Notes under the pieces: generated by a model | Database searches by the model: none | Seen by the model: only the letters and a program-made list of their open reading frames with translations | Told to the model about the DNA's origin: nothing | Assembly: GCA_020536535.1 (NCBI GenBank) | Contig: JAHLWZ010000819.1 | Location: forward strand, 1-64,000 | Origin: Pelomyxa schiedti | Taxonomy: Eukaryota > Protista > Evosea | Length of the DNA stretch: 64,000 nucleotides | Reading direction: 5' to 3' | Program-made: the position numbers and the translations under genes | Shown: positions 54,120-64,000 of the stretch, in pieces | How positions within the stretch are numbered: position 1 is the first letter of the stretch | How the letters are laid out: every line of letters begins with the position of its first letter

Positions 54120-57100
54120 ATGAAGTGGGAGGGGATGCTGCCGGTGTTGGTCTTTGTTCTTTGTTTGTTTGTCGACAGTGGTGCGTGTCGAGTCATGTAC
54201 GGAAAAAGTGCAGCTACTGGAGACCCTTTGGTCATCCGTTTCGATCCCGCTGAATCGCCGTTTTCTTCTCAGCACCAAAACCTTGCTTGGTATTTCCTTC
54301 CCCAAAGCGCTTGGAATTAGGTTTTAACAGATAGAGAATGTAGGTTTTTGGAAGAGACTTTCAACACTATACGGGTTGGTGATTTGCACCAAGTTTCCTC
54401 TATGCCAGCAATTTTTGGTGACAAGACAAATGTAATTGTCATTTACACACAAAGTTACTTTGGAATTCCCGTACAAGGTTTCTTTGTGAAGCTACTTTGG
54501 CTTTTTTAAAAAGGAAAAAAACAGGTGCAAGCCTCAAGGCCGTTTTTGATTTGCATAATAGGCTTCTACAGGCATCCTTTAAGTTGGTTGATAGGTAAGT
54601 TCCCCCTGAATTCTTTATTCTGATAGTTTTCAGTATAACACTTGATCCCAACCCTTCAGTGAGCCCAGAATTGGCTATCAAATGGGCTATGAGGGATGCA
54701 CATTTGATGTCGGTACCTTCACCTTTGCGGAAGTTGCTACTTCCTAGGGGTAGGGAAATGCAATGCATTATAAAACTCACCAATTTAGATTTGATCACCC
54801 ATAAGACCTCTCTTAAGGTTTATAGAAGTGGACTCACGACTGGTAGTTCTGGGGCTAATCACCTTATATGGGAAATACAATTTCGCTCTGCCTCCAGCAC
54901 GATAATGGACCCTCAATTGTATTTTTCCTGTTTCCATTCCATGCTTAACTTTTTCCCACAGTGCATTCTTGGTTGATGCCCATTCCGCAGATGTTCTTGG
55001 GGTGAGAAATCTTCTCAAAGGCTCCCTTTATCGGTACAAATATCCTTTCAATTCGATCTAAATAGCTCGAAGTGAACTTCGGGATTACCCAAGTACTTCA
55101 CCATACTGGGTTGAAGGTGACTCTATGCCAAAAGATGATGTGGAGGGAACAGCATTCCTCAATGCTGCAGGTGACTACTACACAACACTCTATAACATGT
55201 ACAAGTGGCGCTCATATGACAACAGAGGTTCTTCCCATTCCCCCTTTTTTTTTTGTTCTTACTTTAATCAGACTCTCCCCTTATTGGAAACGTAAACATG
55301 GAAGATAAAAATGTTTGCCCAAATGCATATTTCTCTGATAGTGATAACATGACCTACTTCTGCACTGGGTTGTCTCGCTATGACAGTACAGCCACCACTC
55401 CATTAGCCACTGTGCTTTGATCACACTTTCTACAGTTGCCACACATGAACTCGGTCACGCACTTTCGTCTTGCCTTGATAATGGATACTACGAATATATG
55501 TCAGGTGCCCTTCAAGAAGCCTTTTCTGATACGATTGCTGAGACATTCTCACAGTTTTGGAATGGGAGTGGTATTACTTTTTTTTTTTCCTTCCCATTTG
55601 CTTATATCTTTGAAGGGTATTACGATATCCGAGATCCTAGACGCACTTGCTTGAATACATCAGTTGCCACTCAAAAGAGATGGATTGTTGGGGATGACTG
55701 TGAACTGTTTGGTGATGGTAAGCTGAAAGTTCATGTTAACAAACACTACCCCTGATACAGGATTGAGAGATATGTACAACCCAACTTGTGGTGACCTTCC
55801 CGAAACTATTTCCACAATGCAATGCTTTCCTTATGACATGAATGGGGTGCACTACAATTGCGGTAGGTCCCTCTTGTTGCGCTTTTTTTTTTTTTAAGGG
55901 AGGGAAAAAAAAAAAGGGCCACCCTCAGTGCTCTTTTCTTTGCTCTCTGATGGTGGTTATTTTTATGGACCGCTATACCCTGGAATAGGCCTATTAAAGG
56001 TTTAGGTGGCTGAGGTATGGCTTCAAATGAATATTGTTTATAGGCATGGCATATTTTCTTTCAAGCGAAGTATGAATACCAGTCCCCTTCAGAAACTTTC
56101 TCAGAGTACGCTGGACATCTTCAGATGGCTTGTGACGATCTTGCCGATGAAGAAGGCAATCTGATTGACCAGTACGGAACAATAACAGATGAGCATGTTA
56201 TCCCTGATGATTGTGATATACTTGGTATTCCAAACTTTTTTTTATTATGGATACGCCAACAAACGAAAATAAAACAAAACCAAGACGATCTTATTGACGC
56301 TGTGGGGATGACCGATACTCCTTGTATGCAACATTTCACATCTCAAACGATTTATTTGATTTAGGCTCCAATTATGTTTTCTGGGGTGCCTACCCTTCGT
56401 ACATCCCTGTTTCTGGAGGGGTCACTGCCATATACACTTCTGGTTGCTCTGGTTGTACCACATTTATGAAGGTTTATTTCCCCTGTGCTTATTCCGTTAA
56501 AATATCAACAGCTGGGCACTGAGACGTACTCTAGTGAATCTGAAGTTTTCACTTATTTTGGTACAACCACTGGGTGGAATCAATACTCTCCATTTCAAAT
56601 ACCAGGTACATCCTCGTCAACAGTGTAGTACCAATTTTTTTTTGTTTTAAGAATTACTGGGTTCAAATATGCTTGTCAACTTCTCAATTGCCAGTGACTC
56701 CAATTTTGCCAATACTCCTGCTCTAGATGACCTATATTCCCTTCCAATGACAATAGAGTATTACGGTAGCGCACTCACCTACAACCGTAAGCCAACCAAA
56801 AACAGAGCAACCAACGTTCAGTGGTGTGAGTCCTGATTCTGGTAGTGTGGATGGAGGGTATTGGATATCAATTAAGGGAGAAGGTTTCCAGGCGTTCCCG
56901 GGACCATGCAGCCCGATTACAGGATTTTACTATGACTGCCTTGTTTGTAAGTCAAATTTGTGGTTTATGCAAAATAAAAGAAAGGACCAACAATATACAG
57001 GTGTGTGGCAGAGTGGAGAATCTGGTGTGTATGCAGACTACGGCCTATTTGTCTCTTCCACCGAGATACAGTGCTTGGCACCAGCTGTTTCCCAACCAAG

Positions 57101-57434
57101 TATATGGAACATCAGTGTTTCCCTGAACCTGCACTCAATAGCTGACGGCTATGTTGAATTCCACTACGAAGATGATGACAGTATTATCTGCCCTCCTATG
57201 CCCCTTTTTACTTACCACTATTCTAGACTTGGTTCTAATTATCGTTGTCTGCGTAATCGTTGGTGTTGGAATAATAGCTGGTGCTGTGGTGTGTCCCATC
57301 CCAGCCCCTTTTGGTCCCATAATTCCAACCCACACACTCCATAGGTAATCGGGATCGTCGCTCACCACTACAACCGCAAGAGGCAGTACGACCAGCTTCC
57401 GAACTCCACCCAAATCCCCAAGAGCGCCTCTTGA
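54120..57434 (+). CDS. Membrane-anchored M4 (thermolysin-family) zinc metalloprotease with IPT/TIG domain
   Basis: Signal peptide; NAYF, VATHELGHA, SGALQEAFSD, WIVGDD, GLRDMYNP, NGVHYNCG; IPT-like VSPDSGSVDGG..ISIKGEGF..VSSTEIQCLAP..VSLN; TM helix; tail NRKRQYDQL; roughly 20 introns. Confidence 0.85.
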
Positions 57435-57658
57435 TCTCGCGCGCCCAACTTGGGTCCGACCAGCCCCAACACCGTAGTTGTCATTTATAGAAGCCAAACA
57501 AAAAATCAAGGGCGCAGTTGCCTAAAGAACAATCAAACGAACATTAATCTGCCTGGGGCTGAAGTTGTTGATGTCGAATCTTGACACCAACACAACAAAA
57601 TAAAAAACCAGAGACCAGCAACACCCGCAACGACCACCAAGCCGATGAACAACGGCCT

Positions 57659-59378
57659 ATGAATCGCACTAGATTCGGCAGCAACAGCAATGGGTGTAAC
57701 AATACAAGCAAACTACTGCACAATCCGCACCGGCACCACCACACTCCCACCGACACGAGTTGCGTCAACGACAGCGGAGGCGACAACGACGACAGCGATG
57801 ACGATAATAAGCCGACCGCGCCCCCCCCGCCCACCCCGCGGCCTCCCTCGCCGCGCACCGGCGGCGCCGCCCACGCACTCACCGTTCCCGACCTTGGCAC
57901 CTCGGCCCCAGCGACCGTGTGCTCGCCGACGCTACGGCAGAGTACGGCGAATTGCACCTCGGCTAGCGGGAGAGGCACGGGCGAATGTGGCGGCGCTGTG
58001 GGATGGGTGATTTGGAGCGTGGTTGTGCCGCAAGTTGGCTTGCTCGATGATCCTTGCTCGTTGATTGGGGTCGGCGAGGTGTGGTCCGACCTTATCCCGG
58101 CAATCGGTTCCGCTCTCGCTGGAAGTGGGTTCCTCCTTTCTTTGTTATTAAATTGTGACAAATTTCGTAGAAGTGGGTCACTGCCACTCTGTTGTTACCT
58201 GTGCTCAGCAAGACGCTCGCCTCTTTGTGGAGTGGTTGCTCAAGCACCCTCCTATGCAGTTCACAGGACCAGGGGGTGCTCCCATAGACGTAGAGCCTCC
58301 TTTTGGTGCCCCTCTCCCTTCAAGTGCAACTGTAAGTCTGAATCTCCTAGTGTATACCCCCTTGCCATCACTATATGAGTGGTACAATTCTCTTTCCTCA
58401 GCTTTCCTGGAGGCTTGTAGGGGTGGCCACTTGACCACAGCAAGTACGTTGTCGAACCTGATTGCCACGTTCCATAGCAAAGTTCAATTCCAAGGAGTGG
58501 CACTGGATCCAGTGGCTGCACTTGTTGCTTCATGTGGAGGGGTTGACGACGCGAAAAGTTGCTCTACTGCCAAGTGGCTTGTAACGCACTACGCTTTATC
58601 GAAAGGTGCTGTTACTGAGACCTCTAATAGCGCTTTGAAATCATGCTGTGCCAGCGGAAATATACGCACCGCCAAGTTCTTGACCTCCAATTTTTCCTTG
58701 ACCACCAAAGAAGAACCGGCATTGCCAAAGGATGTACCACAGCCCGGACAACACACACGCTACTTCAAAACTCAAAACCCAGATAGCGGAACCAGCAGTG
58801 ATGCGGTTGAATGTTTAGTTTTATGTTGCACTGGTGGTCACTTGGATATGATGGCTTGGCTCGTGCTGGAATTTTCTATTGACGTCAGCGACCTACTTTC
58901 AAGTGACTGTGACGCCTTTGTGCGCTCTTGTGCTTCAGGGAATATTGAGTGCGTGAAGTGGTTGGCACTCCACTTTTCTCTACTAGGAAGACCAGAAGTA
59001 CGCTCATGCTGTGGACCGATTTTACGGTCTTGCTGTGCGCGGGGCAAGGCTGATGTAGCACAGTGGCTAGTGGATGCCTTTCATTTAGGCTATGATGAAG
59101 CTATGTACGTAAAAGTTGTGCACCCAGACATGCAAAACAGCAAAGTTGCACAGTGGATTGAAGAGCAGAAACTCTTGGAAGAGGAAGACTACCTAGACGA
59201 TAACGAAGACGCGTATGCAGACGAACAGGCAAGCACAGAATCGGACTCGGATGCCTCCTCCGGTATATCATCTGATGAGGAGGAGCCCGACGCACCAAAA
59301 GCCGAACAAACCCCAACACCAGCCGAACCAAAACAAGTGCCCATTCCCCCACTTATCGTCCTAAACCGTTCTGTGTAA
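57659..59378 (+). CDS. Ankyrin-repeat protein
   Basis: ACRGGHL, CCASGNIRTAKFL, CCTGGHLDMMAWL, SCASGNIECVKWL, CCARGKADVAQWL; acidic tail. Confidence 0.8.
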
Positions 59379-59417
59379 AAAACAAAAATCTTTGGTAAAA
59401 GTCTCTCTGTGGTTTTT

Positions 59418-62400
59418 TTAAAGTCTTTTACAAAGAAGCTTGTGAATTGGCCAGTGTGCTGGTTAGGTAGGGAGAATATTAGAGAAACTGAAGCGCAGTT
59501 AGGGAACCAAACCTTTTTGGCATTCCTTTCCGCAATAGGGAGCACTGTTACAACCACCACAGAGTAAGCACTTCACTTGTTTGCCACAGTTGCTACATGT
59601 TTTCAGTTTCTTGCCTGCGGGTGTGCCACTGGTAGTATTACTTGCAGTTGTTGTGGTGGTTGCAGTTCGCACAGGGTGTGCTGCTGGTGATGTAGAATGT
59701 GGAATTGGTGAAGGTGGTGGTTGCTGGTGCTGCTGCTGTTGCTGCTGTTGTTTTTGAGTAGTTGTGGCAGTAGGTTGTGGAGCGGCGGGAGTTGCCGGAG
59801 GTGTGGGCTTTCTTGTATTAGTGGTGGGGTTGTTGACTCCGCGAGTTTTATTGGAGGATGACACCTGCGGAGGTTGTTGTTTGTTCTTCTTAGCTTTGTT
59901 CTTTTTGTTGCTGGCCTTGGACTTTTGCTGGGGTTTTTTATTTGCCTGGGCTACGTTGTGTTGTTGAGGTTGGGCTCGCTGGTTTTTCTGCGTTTGTTGT
60001 GCTTTTTGTCCCTGCTGATCTTTATCTTGGTTTTGCTGGGAACTCTCTGGATGATTGACACAAGTCTCAACTTGTTGGGGGGGCTCGAGCTTTTCTGCAG
60101 GTTGGGCTGTCTGTTACTGATTAGTGAGGTAAATGATATTCTGAAGAGTACGTGCCTGGGTAGGTGCAGCTTGTGTGCCTGTCTTCTGAGGGAGGTTTGC
60201 AAGGCCCTCGGCTATCTTTTTCCCAGTGGAACCTCCAAGAACGGAACACTCGTTTTCAAGGAAGTCGTTGAGGGGGCCAGTGGGAAGAAGAGTGGCATTA
60301 CTGGCAGGCGTTGGTAAAGGGGTCGTTGCACTAGCCGGAGGTGGTGCATTCGGTGTGGGCAGGGGTGTGGGATGTGGAGAAAGGGAAGCCGGCAATTGTT
60401 GAAGATAGTGAAGATGGTGTATGGCAAACATCAAAGTGAGTGTTGTTGCCTCTGCTTTAAGAGGTGATAGTAAACGTTGGATTTCGGAAATTTCCCACTC
60501 GCTGTCAACGTCACCAAATAAAACAGGCATGTGTTGTAGCATCAATAAGAAGAGTGCCTCGCGCATTGTCTCGAGGGATGCCTAGAGTGATGCTAAGTGA
60601 AAGGAATATTGCGAGGTTCATACAAGGGAAGAGTTAAAAGGATGACGGTCTTGATAGTGCAAGATTTTGGTTTCCAGATTTCTTTGTGCATCCATAAAGA
60701 CCTTTTTCTCTATGTTGCCAGGGAGGAAGTTTGGCAGGATAAGGGAAATCTAGTGGAGCAACGTAAGGTTAATAGCATAAGGGGAAATACAACATTTGAA
60801 ATGCTGTCATGTATTGCGTTATTCCTCTCTGGTCGCATTTGAAGCTTCAGGCGGGAAACCCAGGATTGAAAGTAGGTGCCTGATACAGCAGAATCAATCA
60901 TTTCCATTTCAAATGCAGTCCGTACCACTGGATCGGCACATCCTTTCATTCGCATTAAGAGGACATTGTTTAACATTCAAAGAACGTTTCTACAAACCGG
61001 CGCCAATTGACACAAGAGAGCTTGTGTGATAAGCATTTGCCCAACTAGGGGAAATGTATTCAGATTTTGACAGCAACGGATCTCTTCGTGTATCCAGATC
61101 AGTGCCATATTTACCAAACAGTATCGCAAACGCATGGCAGCAGGCAATCCCAACCTTGTAGTAATGCTGAAGGTCACTTTGCATAACTGAGAAGAGCACT
61201 CTAGGAAGATGCTCCTGGCCCCCTGTTGGGTACATTAAGTTAAACGTAATAGTTGACTGAACCTACAGGCAACTAGTTTTTGGACTAATTCCATGTGAAC
61301 TGATACATCCAGCTCGGGTACATGAAGTTGTGTGCATGTGGCAACTAAAGCACTGGTTGTAAGGTCTAATACTGCATCAGCAGCAGGGGCAGGTTGCCAT
61401 GTATCCCACAAAGAAAATAAACTGCAGTCTAGAAGATTTACAGCTCTATCACCCGCATAACGTGGTGCAACAGCTAAGGCGCGCCCGAGTGCACTCAATA
61501 CCCAGGGACAGTCGCGAGGAGGCACCCACATGCTGAAAACGTAATGCATGCACGCAAAACAAAAATGTCCTGGATCAGGCCAATTCATGCAAGTAATTAG
61601 AAGCTAAGAAAAATAACTGTTAATTGGGACAAAATGGAAGGTGGACCTACTGAAAGTTGATCAAAGTTGAGCAAAGGAAGAACGCATGACAACAACCGGG
61701 AAGTATGTTCAAGGCAGTCACAAAATGGCTTTTGCATATACCAGAATGCGCGATAGTGACTGACAATCGCCATTAACTGGTGTGTGAATCAATAAAATGA
61801 AGGGAAATGTGATTAGCCACTTGCATTGTATTTAAGAAACAAACCTCAGATATTATACCGTATATTTTCGTAACAGTAGCAGGTTCAAAAATGGCAAGCC
61901 ATTCTTCCAATTGCGACCTTGTACGGAACTGCTGCCATGATAAACTCACAACTAAGTCCAGAGTTTCTCTCCAAACAAAACTGTAGTGCCTGGCCACAAA
62001 CTTTCGCATATCTGTTTCCGTTGTTTTGATTATTTCTTTGATAATGTTGGGAACCCACCAATAAGATGAGCCTGGGAGAAGGTAGCTAGTCTCTCCCGCT
62101 CCTCTGGAGGGAGTTTGTTGAATATTTTCAGTTGCTCTTTTGGCCTTAGCTTTGAATACATAGGGTCTTTTGTTACTTAAGAATTGTCGGAGAATTCTCA
62201 GACATACATTATATTGTGGATTCTGCTCAGGCAAGATTTTATAAGGAGGTGCAAAGGACCAGCGTGATAACTCATGGCTTGGTTGCGGCATCAATGTTTG
62301 TCCAGATCTTAGTAATTTTTGGAGAACACTCTTAAAAAAGGTTAGTCTGTCTTTTTGGCTTTAATGAATCAATTGTAACCTTTGTCAGGTAGTGGCAAGA

Positions 62401-63357
62401 CCCAGTCTTAGGGGAATTCCTTGAGTCAGTTGAGGTTGATTGCTCAGTTTCACGCGGTGAGGGACTGGAAGAGCATGACTCACTCTCTGCCTTAGATGAG
62501 GCATCAAGTTCAGTGGGGCTTGTAGTACCATCTGCAGTGACAGGAAAGGTGGCAGGGGTGACAGGTTTACTTTGCATGCTAGGGTCAACGGAAGACGCCG
62601 AATCAGTTTCAACCTCCACCACAGTTTTCGCAGAACAAGCACTAGAAGCAGTGGCAGTGGCCGCAGTTGCAGTTGCCGCAGTTGAAGTTGTAGTATTAGA
62701 ATTAGCAGTAGTACTAGAATTAGTAGCAGTGGAAACTGCTGAGGTAGACAACGCAGTAGATGAAGCAGAAGTCGAAGTTGAAGCAGAAGTAGAAGTAGAA
62801 GTAGAAGCAGAGGAGAAAGTGCGGCGAGGACGCCCAGGCCTCTCTATGTACTTGAGGGCGAACCTGTGGACGAGCTTCCTGGCCTCGGGGGGCACTGGTA
62901 TGTCCTCCCTGTAGTACGCCCTGGTGACGCCCCTCTTGCGCCACCACCGCCGCAGCCGCACGCGGTTCCCCGCGATGAGCGGGCAGCACCCGCCGCCGCC
63001 CCCGCCGCCCGAGGACGAGCCGCTGGGCGCGAGCGAGGCGAAGGGCGCGGGGCTCACCAGGGTCCGCGTGATGCCGAGGGCCCCCAGGGCCCCCGGGGGC
63101 AGCCGCTCCGGCGAGGAGAAGGAGAAGGGGGCGTACAGCGAGGACGGGGGGAACAGCGGGGGTGGGACGTAGGGCGACGAAGACGACGACGACGACGAGG
63201 AGGACGACGACGACGACGACGACGAGGAGGACGACGACGACGACGGCGGGGGCGCGGGAGGGGCAGGCGGTGGCACCGCGCGACGTCGATTATGGGAGGC
63301 GAAACGACGATGTGACCGCTGGTGTTGCTGCGAACCACCACCACCGTCCGCCTTCAT
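59418..63357 (-). CDS. Large protein with C-terminal MYND zinc finger
   Basis: CSNC..CGGC..YCGKECQK|AHWPIHKLLC; S/T-rich N-terminal exon and helical middle. An extra first exon from ATG 63614 is possible. Confidence 0.78.
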
Positions 63358-63741
63358 GTTTGCGGGTTTCTTCTTCTTCGTTTGGGTTTTTTTTTTGTTT
63401 TGTTTTGTTTTGTTTTTTTTTGCTTCGCTTGTACGGGAAGGAGAGACTTAGGAATGGATTCTGAAGTGGAGAACAGTAAGGGATGGTGACGCTCCGAATC
63501 TCGTATCGCCCATGATTGCAAAGTAGAATCGGCACCTGATTCTACTTCCCAACAGCCTGTCGAACCATCTCTGTAGATTTCGGGGCGAACGTGGCCGAAA
63601 TTCAGCTTCTCCATTTGGAAGACACGTGGCTCCGGTGTTTAATATTCCCACCCGTGTCACTTTTTTCATTTCTCACTGTATCTCGTTACACAATTACAAA
63701 AAAACCAAACAGAAAAACAACCTCAAGATCGGCCGGTGTGA

Positions 63742-64000
63742 ATGAAGGCGTTTGTGGGATTAACGATATTGGCCTGCGCACTTGTAGTTCGTGGTGCCGT
63801 TGATGGCGGAGAAGTACACGGTCCTGTTGTTGGTATTGATCTGGGAACTACATTTAGTGTTGTTGGGTACTTTAAGGTAAAGTGATACTACCCCCAGATT
63901 TTTGTGTTTTTCGCTTTTTTGTTGTGGCTTAACAACTACCGCAGCACGGAAAGGGTGTAGAAATCATAGCCAATGACCAAGGAAATAGGATTACACCGTC
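63742..64000 (+). CDS. ER-type Hsp70 (BiP/GRP78-like), 5' end only
   Basis: Not in the ORF track: signal peptide MKAFVGLTILACALVVRG, GPVVGIDLGTTFSVVG, intron (gtaaag..cgcag), VEIIANDQGNRITP; truncated by the window edge. Confidence 0.92.

Overview
Gene-dense, intron-rich eukaryotic nuclear DNA in the standard genetic code. It holds about 30 protein-coding genes with short introns (mostly ~35-80 nt), very short intergenic spacers and frequent poly(dA:dT) tracts. The actin N-terminus ([16 protein letters not shown]) is amoebozoan-like, and BBS9 plus RSP3 imply a flagellum. A flagellated amoebozoan such as an archamoeba (Pelomyxa-like) is plausible, but that is inference. Recognisable genes: MFS transporter, two EamA/SLC35F-like transporters, PH-AGC (PKB/Akt-like) kinase, KUP/HAK K+ transporter, TBCE, TDP2-like phosphodiesterase, BAR protein, actin, GH43, GPR180/TMEM145-like protein, SLC52-like transporter, HutI, BBS9, SDR, RSP3, UBX protein, M4 metalloprotease, ankyrin and MYND proteins, and the 5' end of an ER Hsp70. 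The left end holds a decayed, CpG-stripped LINE fragment. Most interesting: (1) a ~230-nt rod-like RNA hairpin right after the actin stop codon; (2) a Di19 (RNF114/KCMF1-type) zinc-finger fused to a TDP2-like enzyme; (3) an intron-rich, membrane-anchored thermolysin-family protease; (4) a structured ~200-nt element upstream of BiP. All gene models were assembled by eye, so exon boundaries and some starts are approximate.
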